The notes beneath the pieces were generated by a model. That model ran no database searches. It was not told the origin of the DNA and saw nothing but the letters and a program-made list of their open reading frames with translations. 64,000 bases of DNA, from assembly GCA_963667255.1 (NCBI GenBank), contig OY762940.1:1024001-1088000 (forward strand), written 5' to 3'. The stretch comes from Candidatus Cloacimonadota bacterium (GTDB lineage Bacteria; Cloacimonadota; Cloacimonadia; G963667145). Below, one piece after another: positions 41,246 to 50,919 of the stretch. The position numbers and the translations under genes were made by a program. The first letter of the stretch is position 1. Every line of letters starts with the position of its first letter.

Positions 41246-42012
41246 TACATCCTACGGCTATTGTTGATGATAGAGCAACTATAGGGGAAAATGTCCAAAT
41301 CGGACCTTTTGCAATCGTAGGACCGAATGTTCAAATCGGAGATGGAACGATAGTTGAATCTTCTGCTTTGATTAAGGAAAATGTCCAAATCGGGAAGAAC
41401 AATCATATTTTCTCTTTTGCGGTAATCGGGGTGAAATCTCAGGATTTGAAAGATGATGGCACTACAGCCGGAGTCGTGATTGGCGACAATAATCAAATCA
41501 GGGAGTTTGCAACGATACACCGTTCTACGAATGCTGAGTTCCCTACCAAAATCGGTTCGGGCAATCTCATAATGTCTTATGTGCACTTGGCTCACGATTG
41601 TGTGATTGGCGATGGTGTTGTTTTGGCCAATTCTTGCAATTTTGCCGGACATGTGGAGATAGGAGATGGTGTAGTTGTAGGTGGACAATCCGCTATAAGC
41701 CAATTTGTGAAAGTTGGTTCTTACGCCTTTATCGGTGGCAATTCTGGGATTACCAAAGATATTCCTCCTTACACCAAGGGTATAGGATTTCCTTATAAGA
41801 TAAAGGCTCTTAATCAAGTTGGTTTGGAGAGAAGAGGATTTAGTCCCGAGGCACTTAAATCTATTAAAGAGATTTTCAAAGATTTTTATTATTCCGATTT
41901 CTCTTTTACTCAAGCGAAAGAAATTTATAATCAAAAAAGAGAAACTCTTACACCTGAACAGTTGGTGTTTCTTGACTTTGCTCTGAATCCGGGAAAAGGT
42001 TTGTCCCGTTAA
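41242..42012 (+). CDS. lpxA: Acyl-ACP--UDP-N-acetylglucosamine O-acyltransferase
   Basis: MIHPTAIV, QDLK, IREFATIHR, HLAHDC, AGHV, KDIPPY and GLERRGF motifs. Confidence 0.96.
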   Translation: MIHPTAIVDDRATIGENVQIGPFAIVGPNVQIGDGTIVESSALIKENVQIGKNNHIFSFAVIGVKSQDLKDDGTTAGVVIGDNNQIREFATIHRSTNAEFPTKIGSGNLIMSYVHLAHDCVIGDGVVLANSCNFAGHVEIGDGVVVGGQSAISQFVKVGSYAFIGGNSGITKDIPPYTKGIGFPYKIKALNQVGLERRGFSPEALKSIKEIFKDFYYSDFSFTQAKEIYNQKRETLTPEQLVFLDFALNPGKGLSR

Positions 42013-42036
42013 TTAAGTTGTAAGAAGGAGATATTT

Positions 42037-42432
42037 ATGAAAACTTTATTGATGATTAAGCCTAATTGTGTGAAGAAAAACAAGATAGGCGAAATTTTAG
42101 CTATAGTAGAGTCTGCAGGATTTGAGATAGAAGACATTAGGATGTTCACATTCAACGAAAAGTTGATAGCTGATTTTTATGCAGAACATGTGGGAAAAGA
42201 TTTTTTCGGATGTCTGCAAAATTTTATGTGTTCCGACAAAACTGTGGCAGTTATATTGAACAAGAGCAATGCGGTGGAAGATTTGCGGGCATTGGTTGGA
42301 AATACAAATCCTGCCAAAGCTGATAATGGAACAATTCGAGCTCTTTTTGGGGATAGTCTCACCGAGAACGGAGTGCATGCCAGTGATAGTCCTGAGAGTG
42401 CGGACAGAGAAATCAAAATTCTTTTCAATTAA
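42037..42432 (+). CDS. ndk: Nucleoside diphosphate kinase
   Basis: TLLMIKP, FYAEH.GKDFF, GTIRA and NGVHASDS motifs. Confidence 0.96.
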   Translation: MKTLLMIKPNCVKKNKIGEILAIVESAGFEIEDIRMFTFNEKLIADFYAEHVGKDFFGCLQNFMCSDKTVAVILNKSNAVEDLRALVGNTNPAKADNGTIRALFGDSLTENGVHASDSPESADREIKILFN

Positions 42433-42476
42433 TATAGAATTAAAATTTTAAATAATAAATAAAGAGAGGATATGAA

Positions 42477-43676
42477 ATGAAAATCTTCGTGTTAAATTGT
42501 GGTAGTTCTTCGATTAAATTTCAGTTCATTAATACCGATGGTGGAGAGGTTCTTGCGAGTGGTTTGGTAGAAAAAATCGGCGAAGATATGGGAATTTACA
42601 CTTATAAAAGCGAACCATATACTAAAAAAAATCTCAATCTTTTGATAGAAGATCATTCAAAGGGAATAAATTTTATTTTGAGTGATTTGATGCATGAAGA
42701 GCATGGAGTTATTGCTTCGGTTGCAGAGATTGATGGTGTCGGTCACAGAGTTGTGCATGGCGGAGAGGAGTATTCCAAGTCGGTTATTATTGATGAAAAT
42801 GTAAAAAAAGCTATTAGAGATTGTTCTGCGATAGCTCCACTGCATAATCCGGCAAATATGATGGGAATAGAAGCTGTGGGAAAAGTATTGACCGGAGTGA
42901 AACATGTGGCGGTTTTTGATACAGCTTTTCATCAAACTATGCCTCCCAAAGCTTATCTTTACGGGTTACCTCTCAAATATTATACTGAACACAAAATCAG
43001 AAGATATGGATTTCATGGCACAAGTCATAAATATGTTGCTGAGAAAGTATCAGAGCATGAGAAAAGAATGCTCAGGAGCATGAAAATTATTACTTGCCAT
43101 ATTGGTAACGGTGCTTCTATTGCTGCTATAAATCGTGGTGAGTCTGTTGATACTTCTATGGGGTTTACTCCGATTGAAGGAGTTTTGATGGGTACAAGAA
43201 GTGGTGATGTTGACCCAGGTATTATCATGTTTATGATAGAAAATTTGGGAATGAGCCTGAAAGAAGTTCAACATGTCATCAATAAAAACAGTGGAATTTT
43301 GGGATTATCCGAGTATAGTAACGATTTGCGAGAGATAGAAAACAAAATTATTAATGAGCACGATAAGAAGATTGCTACTGCATTTGATGTTTATTGCTAC
43401 AAAATAAAGAAGTATATAGGTGCCTATGCAGCCGTGATGAATGGTGTTGATGTTATTGTTTTTACCGGTGGTGTTGGTGAAAATATGGCGATTTTGAGAG
43501 AGATGGTTTGTTCGGATATGGATTATCTCGGTGTGAAAATTGATGTTAACAAAAATAAAGAAAGAGTCGATGGGATTTTGGAATTTTCTACGGAAGATTC
43601 TAAAGTCAAGCTGCTCAAAATTCCTACCAACGAAGAGTTGATGATTGCTATGGAAACTGAAGGAATACTCAAATAG
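42477..43676 (+). CDS. ackA: Acetate kinase
   Basis: LNCGSSSIK, GHRVVHGG, APLHNP, FDTAFH, YGFHGTSH, HIGNGAS and PTNEE motifs. Confidence 0.97.
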   Translation: MKIFVLNCGSSSIKFQFINTDGGEVLASGLVEKIGEDMGIYTYKSEPYTKKNLNLLIEDHSKGINFILSDLMHEEHGVIASVAEIDGVGHRVVHGGEEYSKSVIIDENVKKAIRDCSAIAPLHNPANMMGIEAVGKVLTGVKHVAVFDTAFHQTMPPKAYLYGLPLKYYTEHKIRRYGFHGTSHKYVAEKVSEHEKRMLRSMKIITCHIGNGASIAAINRGESVDTSMGFTPIEGVLMGTRSGDVDPGIIMFMIENLGMSLKEVQHVINKNSGILGLSEYSNDLREIENKIINEHDKKIATAFDVYCYKIKKYIGAYAAVMNGVDVIVFTGGVGENMAILREMVCSDMDYLGVKIDVNKNKERVDGILEFSTEDSKVKLLKIPTNEELMIAMETEGILK

Positions 43677-43694
43677 AGTAAGAAAATTATACGG

Positions 43695-43728
43695 AAGCCA
43701 TCTGATTTTGCGGGTGGCTTTTTTATTT
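43695..43728 (+). terminator. Intrinsic terminator after ackA
   Basis: Stem AAGCCATCTG / CGGGTGGCTT (two G-U pairs), loop ATTTTG, followed by TTTTATTT; lies between convergent genes. Confidence 0.75.
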
Positions 43729-43730
43729 GG

Positions 43731-44591
43731 TCAATTTTTCTCGTTGATTTCTTTGATTAACTCTATCAACTTTCTGCTTTTGGGAACAAAAACGGGGATT
43801 TTTTTTGCTAATATTTTGGCTTTTCCTTTTTCTCCTAATTCCAAATAAATTTTTATCAGAGATTCAAAAATAGTGGAATCGAATGGCGAAAAACGCAAGG
43901 CTTGTTTGTAAAATTCGATGGATTGTGAAAACAGTCCAATATTGTAGGCAGCTACGGCAAGCAGTTTAATGTTTCCGAGAAATTCAAATCCTGTGTTTTT
44001 TGCTTTTATCAGATAATTGTATCCGGCTACCCAGTTCTCTTTTTGAAAATAGTAGTATCCAGTAAGAAAATGGATTTTGTCGTTATTCGGGTACTTTCTT
44101 CTCAAGTTATCTAACATCTCTTTCGCTTTGTCGAACTTATGGAAAGTTATGTATTGCTCACAAAGCATAAAAAAAACAGCTTCAGGAATTATGGGGTCGT
44201 TTAGTGTCGATTCCAATAGAGATATAGCCAAATCGTTCAACTTCAGATGGATACAACAGACAGCTTTTTGAAAGATAACAAAACAGGAAGGATTAGAAAT
44301 CTCTTCCAAGCATTTTTTGGCTGCAACGAAATTGAATTTGCTCATATGTAGGAGAGCGATTTTGTAGAGAATATCTTCCGAACCAAGAGAAAAAGTGCAG
44401 GCTTGATTGTAGTATTCCATAGCTTTTTCTGTATTCTGTTTGCTGCTATACAGGTCGCCGATAGCGGTTAGAAGTTTCGGATTGCCGACAAATTCGCTCA
44501 GCCCGTTTTGCAGGATTTGCAACGCCTCAATCCAATTATTTGTTTGATATTGGGAAGCCAAGGCGATGATGGAGTCAATTTTGTTTTGCAT
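43731..44591 (-). CDS. Tetratricopeptide repeat protein
   Basis: Serial TPR-like helices (AIGDLY...AMEYYNQA; YNIGLFSQSIEFYKQALRFSP); coupled to the ffh stop. Confidence 0.8.
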   Translation of the reverse strand: MQNKIDSIIALASQYQTNNWIEALQILQNGLSEFVGNPKLLTAIGDLYSSKQNTEKAMEYYNQACTFSLGSEDILYKIALLHMSKFNFVAAKKCLEEISNPSCFVIFQKAVCCIHLKLNDLAISLLESTLNDPIIPEAVFFMLCEQYITFHKFDKAKEMLDNLRRKYPNNDKIHFLTGYYYFQKENWVAGYNYLIKAKNTGFEFLGNIKLLAVAAYNIGLFSQSIEFYKQALRFSPFDSTIFESLIKIYLELGEKGKAKILAKKIPVFVPKSRKLIELIKEINEKN

Positions 44592-45949
44592 TACATCCCG
44601 AAGTTTTTGGGCATCCCATTCATCTTGCCCAGATTTTTCATCATATTTTTGCGATTTTTCGGATTGGAAAATTGTTTCATCATCTTTTTCATCTGTTCGA
44701 ATTGCCTCAAAAGCGTGTTAACTTCTTGCACGGAAGTTCCGCTACCTTTGGCTATTCGCTTCCTTCTCTGACCATCGATAAGATTGTGCTTTTGTCGCTC
44801 TTTTATGGTCATAGAAGTGATGATGGCTTCTGTTCGTTTAAATCTCTTCGGGTCTAAATCCGCTGATTGAAGCATTGATGAGTTCATACCGGGAATCATT
44901 TTCAAAAGTGAAGAAAGTGAACCCATTTTTTCAATTTTTTTGAGTTGACTCAAAAAATCCTCAAGAGTGAACTGATTTTTCAGCATTCTTTGGGTTAGTT
45001 TTTCAGCCTCTTCTTGGTTGATGTTTTTCTCGGCTTTTTCTATGAAGCTAAGAATATCTCCCATCCCCAAGATGCGAGATGCCATTCTATCGGGATAAAA
45101 TTTTTCTAAATCGGAAATTTTTTCGCCGACACCGCAGAAAGCGATAGGTTTTTGGGTAATGGCTCTGATGGATAGTGCAGCACCACCGCGTGCATCGGAA
45201 TCCAATTTTGTCAAGATACAGGCATCCATCCCGACTTGCTCGGAAAATCCTTTCGCTGAATTGACAGCATCTTGTCCTGTCATGGCGTCCGCCACAAAGA
45301 AGATGTAGTCTGGCTTGATTTTTTTCTTAATCAGAGAAAGCTCATCCATCAACTCTTGGTCTAAATGAAGCCGACCCGCTGTATCGATGATTATTAGATT
45401 ATTGTTCTCTTTTTCGGCTCTCTTTATCGCTGATTTGCAAATCTTGATAACATCACTTTTGCCTTGATTTTCCACAGGAATGCCAAGCTGTTTTCCCAAG
45501 GTTTCCAACTGTTCAATGGCGGCGGGACGATAAATGTCGCAAGCAACCAAAAGTGGGTCGAGTTTCAGATTTTTTCGAGCGTAATTAGCGAGCTTAGCAC
45601 AAGTTGTGGTTTTCCCCGAGCCTTGCAATCCTACGAGCATAACGATATTTGTTTTGTTAGTCGGCAAATTCGGTTTGAACTCGCTTTCGCCCATCAACTT
45701 GGTGAGCTGCTCGTTAACAATCTTGATGATTTGTTGACTGGGATTTAGGCTCTTCAGAACTTTTTGACCGACCGCAAGCTGTCCAATCTCATTGATGAAA
45801 TTTTTAACAATCTTGAAATTGACATCAGCCTCAAGTAAAGCAAGCCGCACTTGTTTCAGAGCATCTTGAATGTTGCTCTCGTTAAGCACGGCATTACCTT
45901 GGAGAGTTTTAAAAATATTTTGAAATTTATCTGACAGGTTATCAAACAT
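44591..45949 (-). CDS. ffh: Signal recognition particle protein
   Basis: ALLEADV, GLQGSGKTT, DTAGR, TKLDSDARGG, RILGMGD and a Met-rich M domain. Confidence 0.98.
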   Translation of the reverse strand: MFDNLSDKFQNIFKTLQGNAVLNESNIQDALKQVRLALLEADVNFKIVKNFINEIGQLAVGQKVLKSLNPSQQIIKIVNEQLTKLMGESEFKPNLPTNKTNIVMLVGLQGSGKTTTCAKLANYARKNLKLDPLLVACDIYRPAAIEQLETLGKQLGIPVENQGKSDVIKICKSAIKRAEKENNNLIIIDTAGRLHLDQELMDELSLIKKKIKPDYIFFVADAMTGQDAVNSAKGFSEQVGMDACILTKLDSDARGGAALSIRAITQKPIAFCGVGEKISDLEKFYPDRMASRILGMGDILSFIEKAEKNINQEEAEKLTQRMLKNQFTLEDFLSQLKKIEKMGSLSSLLKMIPGMNSSMLQSADLDPKRFKRTEAIITSMTIKERQKHNLIDGQRRKRIAKGSGTSVQEVNTLLRQFEQMKKMMKQFSNPKNRKNMMKNLGKMNGMPKNFGM

Positions 45950-45958
45950 AAGGTAAAA

Positions 45959-46966
45959 TTACAGTTTTTCTCCCAGCAATTGAGCCAGTTGCACCACTCT
46001 GTTGGAATAACCCCATTCGTTATCATACCAAATAATCAACTTTGCAAAATCATCGCCAATCATTTGTGTGGAGTCCGCATCAAAAATGCAAGAGTGGCTA
46101 TTTTGGATGATATCAACAGAAACGATTTTGTCCTCGGTGTATTCCAAAATGCCTTTCAAATTAGTTTCGGCAGCTTTTTTGACAGCTTGATTGATTTCGG
46201 CGATAGTAGTGCTTTTTTTCAGTTTAACGGTCAAATCTACCAAAGACCCCGTAATTGTAGGCACTCTGACTGCACAACCATCCAATTTGCCCTTGAGGCT
46301 TGGAATAACTTTTTCTACCGCACTGGTAGCACCAGTAGTGGTTGGGATGATAGATTGACAAGCGGCTCTGCCTCTGCGGAGATCGGAGTGAGGGCGGTCC
46401 ATCAAAACTTGGTCGGAGGTGTAAGAGTGAATAGTGGTCATAAAAGCTTCTTCGATGCCGAATGTGTCTTCGATTACTTTGGCGACCGGAGCCAAACAGT
46501 TGGTGGTGCAAGAAGCGTTGGAATAACTTTTTTTAGAGTGGTCTATTTCGTTAGAGTTGACACCCAAAACAATAGTTTGGTCGATGCTGTCTTTTGCTGG
46601 CACAGTCAAAATAACTTTTTTTGCACCCGCATCGATATGGTCGAGATAACCACCTTTATCGCTTTTGGCGTTTCTGAAGATGCCTGTAGATTCTATGGCA
46701 ACATCAACTCCTAACTCTTTCCAGGGCAAGGCAATGATATTTTTTTCAGAAAGAATTTTGACCTTCTTCCCATTGATGACAATGGCATCGTTTTCTGCCT
46801 TTACTTCGCCCGGGAATCTACCGTAAGTTGAGTCGTATTTGAGCAAGTGTGCCAAAGTTTTGGCATCGGCTAAATCGTTGATTGCGACAATTTCTATCCC
46901 TTTTTCGACGGCAATTTTGGTAACAGCCCTGCCGATTCTTCCAAATCCGTTAATAGCTATTTTCAT
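45959..46966 (-). CDS. gap: Glyceraldehyde-3-phosphate dehydrogenase, type I
   Basis: INGFGRIGR, SNASCTTNCLAP and WYDNEWGYSNR motifs. Confidence 0.98.
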   Translation of the reverse strand: MKIAINGFGRIGRAVTKIAVEKGIEIVAINDLADAKTLAHLLKYDSTYGRFPGEVKAENDAIVINGKKVKILSEKNIIALPWKELGVDVAIESTGIFRNAKSDKGGYLDHIDAGAKKVILTVPAKDSIDQTIVLGVNSNEIDHSKKSYSNASCTTNCLAPVAKVIEDTFGIEEAFMTTIHSYTSDQVLMDRPHSDLRRGRAACQSIIPTTTGATSAVEKVIPSLKGKLDGCAVRVPTITGSLVDLTVKLKKSTTIAEINQAVKKAAETNLKGILEYTEDKIVSVDIIQNSHSCIFDADSTQMIGDDFAKLIIWYDNEWGYSNRVVQLAQLLGEKL

Positions 46967-47193
46967 TTTTACTATTGTCCTTTTTTCTTAAATTATTAAA
47001 ACGAAGTTGAAAGTTAATAAATTTATGTCAATACAAATTCCCCAAATATCCGCTTATTTTTATGCGAAACAAAAAAATATAATTATGAGGAATTTGCATA
47101 AAATAAGGCGTTGTGAACTTGTTTTTTTTCATTGACACAAATCCAATCCAGTCAATTGATACTCCAGAAACTTGAGGTATAAAAGGAAAACAA

Positions 47194-48006
47194 ATGAGAA
47201 ATTTTAAAATTAAAAAATTTTTGTTTTTGCTGGTGTTTTGCCTGATATTGGGCGCTTGTAATTCCAAAAATGAAGCAAGTAAAAAGGGAGATAGAATAGT
47301 GATTATTAAAACTAACATGGGTGATATTACTTTGGAGTTGTTCAGCGGTTTAGCTCCTAAAACGGTTGCCAATTTTGTTGATTTGGCGAGTGGCAAGAAG
47401 ACAGGTAAGCCGTTTTACGACGGACTCATTTTCCATAGAGTAATCAAAGATTTTATGATACAAGGCGGTTGCCCGCTTGGCACAGGCACAGGTGGTCCGG
47501 GATACTCTTTTGAGGATGAATGCTATGCAGACGGCGAACTTTTGACAGGTAATGTGGATAGCGAGGAAAAGGCTTTGGAAGTTTTTCAAGCTATTTTGGT
47601 GCCATATTTGCAAAAAAACGGACACGAATCCAACAAGGAAATTGTGGATTTGGTAACCGAGTGTGGTAATCAACAGTCGGGCAAACCTCTGATGGGAAAA
47701 ACTATAGAAGATTACCAAAAATTAACAGGTCAAGAAGACAAGAAGTTTTACACCAGAGGTGAACTCAAAGCGTCTGTTGACTATGGGACTATCTGTATGG
47801 CAAATTCCGGTCCTAATACAAACGGAAGTCAGTTCTTTATCGTTACCAAAAAAGACGGTTGCGATTGGCTCAACGGCAAACATACTGTGTTTGGCAAAGT
47901 GATAGACGGGATGGATGTTGTGTTAAAAATTCAGGATGTGAAGACCGGTGCCCAAGATAAACCAATCGAAAAAGTGGTTATTGAGGAAGTTGTAGTCAAG
48001 AGCTAA
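47194..48006 (+). CDS. Lipoprotein peptidyl-prolyl isomerase, cyclophilin type, with ~80-aa insertion
   Basis: LGAC lipobox; APKTVANF, FHRVIKDFMIQGG, MANSGPNTNGSQFFI and WLNGKHTVFG motifs. Confidence 0.93.
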   Translation: MRNFKIKKFLFLLVFCLILGACNSKNEASKKGDRIVIIKTNMGDITLELFSGLAPKTVANFVDLASGKKTGKPFYDGLIFHRVIKDFMIQGGCPLGTGTGGPGYSFEDECYADGELLTGNVDSEEKALEVFQAILVPYLQKNGHESNKEIVDLVTECGNQQSGKPLMGKTIEDYQKLTGQEDKKFYTRGELKASVDYGTICMANSGPNTNGSQFFIVTKKDGCDWLNGKHTVFGKVIDGMDVVLKIQDVKTGAQDKPIEKVVIEEVVVKS

Positions 48007-48046
48007 CATATTGAGGGCTGTGGTTTTCTGAAATTTTTTTAAGAGG

Positions 48047-49813
48047 GTGGAAAAGGTGAATTTGGATTTTTTGGGTGAAAAAAAAAGAAGTCATTATTGT
48101 GCTAAATTAGATAGCAGTTGCGTAGGCAATAAGGTCAATTTGTGCGGTTGGGTGCATCGCCGTCGAGATTTGGGCAAGCTCATTTTTGTTGAGCTGAGGG
48201 ATGCTACTGGGATTGTGCAGGTAGTTTTTGATTCCGGCTCTTTCGCCGATTTTGCGAAAGTTGAATCGTTGCGGGCAGAATTTGTTGTTTGGGTTCGTGG
48301 CACAGTGCAACCGAAAGGCAATTCCAAAGAGATAGAGGTTTTGGCAGAGGAATTATTGCTACTCAACAACGCTCCCGAGCTTCCTGTGCAAGTCAACGAG
48401 GGAACTATCGCCGATGAGGATATTAGACTAAAATATCGTTATTTGGATTTGCGTCGTCCTGCTTTGCAAAGTATAATCAAGATGCGTTCAAAGATTATCA
48501 GCAAAATTCGTAACTTCCTTGATAACGAAGACTTTTACGAGATTGAGACGCCAATCCTGATGAAAAGCACTCCCGAGGGAGCCCGCGACTATTTGGTGCC
48601 TTCGAGGTTGCAACACGGCAGTTTTTTCGCTTTGCCTCAATCTCCGCAAATATACAAACAACTTTTGATGATTTCCGGTTTTGACAGATATTATCAAATA
48701 GCTAAATGCTTTAGAGACGAAGATTTGCGTGCTGACCGTCAGCCAGAGTTTACGCAATTGGATATGGAGATGAGTTTTGTGTCTCAAGAAGATATTTTTG
48801 ATGTAAATCAGAGATTGTTCAAGTATCTTTTCAAAGAGATTTTGAGTGTAGAGTTGGCTGATTTTCCGAGGATTACCTACAAAAAAGCGATGGAAGATTA
48901 TGGCACGGATAAGCCCGATTTGCGGTTTGGTTTAAAGCTGAAGAATCTGACAACTGCTCTCAAGGATAGTGAATTTAAGGTGTTCTCTTCCGCCATAGAT
49001 AGTGGTGGCAGTGTTCGCTGTGTGGTTGCTCCCGATTGTAGCGGTTATTCCCGCAAGCAGATTGATGAGTTTGTGGGAATTGCCAAGCATCTTGGTGGAA
49101 ACGGTTTGGCTTATACCAAGGTTGTGGATGGTAAATTGGACGGTGGGATTGCCAAATTTTTGAACGAAACAGAGCAGAAAGCGATTTTGGAAGTGAGTGA
49201 AGCTAAAGATGGTGACCTTATTTTTTACGCTAGCGACAGGGACAAGATTGTTTTCAAGGTGCTGGACGGAGTTCGCAGGGAGATAGGCAAGCAATTGAAT
49301 CTGTGCAATGATGAAGATTTTGCGTTTGCTTGGATTACCGATTTCCCACTTTTTGAGTATGACGATGAAGAGGGAAGATGGGTTGCCTGTCATCATATGT
49401 TTACCAATCCCAAAGATGAGCATATCAAATTTTTTGAGAATGAAGCCGATTACGGCAAGATAGAGGGGATGCTTTACGATTTGGTTTGCAACGGTATGGA
49501 AATCAGCTCTGGTAGTATTCGTTGTCATAGAGCGGATATTCAGAAGAAAATTTTCGATTTACTCGGATTTGAAGAGGAAGAGCTGGAGCGGAAATTCGGA
49601 TTTTTCTTGGAGGCTCTTCGCTATGGGACTCCTCCGCACGGTGGTATCGCTCCGGGAATAGACAGAATGGTGATGATTATGACCAATGCATCCTCTATTC
49701 GCGATGTTATTGCTTTCCCAAAAACTTTGAAGGCTGTGGACTTGATGAGTCAGTCTCCTTCGCCGGTTGATAGCTATCAATTGGATGAGTTGGGTATCAA
49801 AATTAAAGAATAG
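48047..49813 (+). CDS. aspS: Aspartate--tRNA ligase
   Basis: [57 protein letters not shown] domain and PPHGG motifs. GTG start. Confidence 0.98.
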   Translation: MEKVNLDFLGEKKRSHYCAKLDSSCVGNKVNLCGWVHRRRDLGKLIFVELRDATGIVQVVFDSGSFADFAKVESLRAEFVVWVRGTVQPKGNSKEIEVLAEELLLLNNAPELPVQVNEGTIADEDIRLKYRYLDLRRPALQSIIKMRSKIISKIRNFLDNEDFYEIETPILMKSTPEGARDYLVPSRLQHGSFFALPQSPQIYKQLLMISGFDRYYQIAKCFRDEDLRADRQPEFTQLDMEMSFVSQEDIFDVNQRLFKYLFKEILSVELADFPRITYKKAMEDYGTDKPDLRFGLKLKNLTTALKDSEFKVFSSAIDSGGSVRCVVAPDCSGYSRKQIDEFVGIAKHLGGNGLAYTKVVDGKLDGGIAKFLNETEQKAILEVSEAKDGDLIFYASDRDKIVFKVLDGVRREIGKQLNLCNDEDFAFAWITDFPLFEYDDEEGRWVACHHMFTNPKDEHIKFFENEADYGKIEGMLYDLVCNGMEISSGSIRCHRADIQKKIFDLLGFEEEELERKFGFFLEALRYGTPPHGGIAPGIDRMVMIMTNASSIRDVIAFPKTLKAVDLMSQSPSPVDSYQLDELGIKIKE

Positions 49814-49867
49814 ATTACTAAATATAAAATTGTAATTCACGAAATAGGAGTGAGTTAAGGAGTGGAA

Positions 49868-50047
49868 ATGGAGTATATTGTAGAAAAAAATTTGTTTGTG
49901 ACTAAATTGGAAAAATTTTTGAATGAAAAGGCTGCGGAAGGATATGCGCTTTGCTCTGTCGTTCCGGGAGAAATAGAGAAAGACTACAAAGGTATGGGCA
50001 ACGACCGTATTGGTATGGTCAATGTGGTAATGTGTAAGGAAAATTGA
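49868..50047 (+). CDS. Small DUF4177-like protein
   Basis: LEKFLNEKAAEGYAL pattern; AAGGAG RBS before ATG 49868; overlaps the next start. Confidence 0.6.
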   Translation: MEYIVEKNLFVTKLEKFLNEKAAEGYALCSVVPGEIEKDYKGMGNDRIGMVNVVMCKEN

Positions 50048-50910
50048 TGTCTGTAAAAGTTATAGTTAGTGTTGACGGTGAGAAGATAACTCAAACCGAT
50101 TTGGATAGGATTGTTAAGGCTTTTGCTCATCAGGAAAATAAAAAGCCTAAAGAGGTTACTCAGGAACAAAGAAAGTTTTTGTTAGACAGGCTTGTCCAAA
50201 ACAATCTTCTCTTTGCAGAGGGTAAGGCAAGGAATTTGGAAGTTGCCGAATCGGAAGTGGAACGAGAGTTGAACTCTTATTATACAAGATTTGGCTCTAA
50301 AGAGAAATTTGAAGAGTTATTAGAGAAAGAGGGTGTGAGCATCAAGAAATTTACTGCCGATTTGCACAGAGATTTGTTGATTCACAAAACTATCGATTCG
50401 GAGATTGAAGCTAAGGCTGAAGTTACGGACGAGGATGCGAAAGATTATTATAGCAAGAATAAGGACAAAATGGTAATTCCCGAAAAAGTGGGTGCAAGTC
50501 ATATTTTGTTTAGTAATCAGGACAGTAGCGATGAGAAAGCCAAAACTAAAGCGGACAAGGTGTTGGATGAGATAAAAGGCGGCAAGGTTTTTGCCGAGTG
50601 TGCCAGAGAGTATTCCGATTGTCCGTCCAAAGAAAAAGGCGGTTTGCTGGGCGATTTTACCAAAGGTCAGATGGTGCCCGAGTTTGAGAAAGCTGTTTTT
50701 GAGATGGAAGTTGGAGATTTATCCGAGCCTGTGAAGACGCAATTTGGTTATCATATTATCAAAAAAAATTCCCAAACTGCCCAGCAAGAGTTGGATTTTG
50801 AATCTGTAAAGGCGTATATTGTCAAGGAACTCAAAATGGTTCAGGGCAAGAAGATTATTGATGCTCTTACCGAAAATTTGAGAGAGAAAGCTAAAATTGA
50901 ATATTTGTAG
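50047..50910 (+). CDS. Parvulin (PpiC-type) peptidyl-prolyl isomerase with SurA/PrsA-like N domain
   Basis: ASHIL, AREYSDCPSKEKGGLLG, MVPEFEKAVF and VKTQFGYHII motifs. Confidence 0.92.
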   Translation: MSVKVIVSVDGEKITQTDLDRIVKAFAHQENKKPKEVTQEQRKFLLDRLVQNNLLFAEGKARNLEVAESEVERELNSYYTRFGSKEKFEELLEKEGVSIKKFTADLHRDLLIHKTIDSEIEAKAEVTDEDAKDYYSKNKDKMVIPEKVGASHILFSNQDSSDEKAKTKADKVLDEIKGGKVFAECAREYSDCPSKEKGGLLGDFTKGQMVPEFEKAVFEMEVGDLSEPVKTQFGYHIIKKNSQTAQQELDFESVKAYIVKELKMVQGKKIIDALTENLREKAKIEYL

Positions 50911-50919
50911 TGCGACTGT

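Noticed and set aside
39824..41934. Long antisense ORFs of 290 and 361 aa opposite lpxC/fabZ/lpxA (similar ones at 35103-35966, 36009-36770, 8352-9113 and 45980-46714)
   Set aside because: They are shadows of well-conserved genes on the other strand, with no recognisable motifs and a composition typical of antisense frames.
47521..47760. Cyclophilin insert as a mini-intein (it starts with Cys)
   Set aside because: There is no terminal His-Asn followed by Cys/Ser/Thr, no TxxH block, and it is too short.
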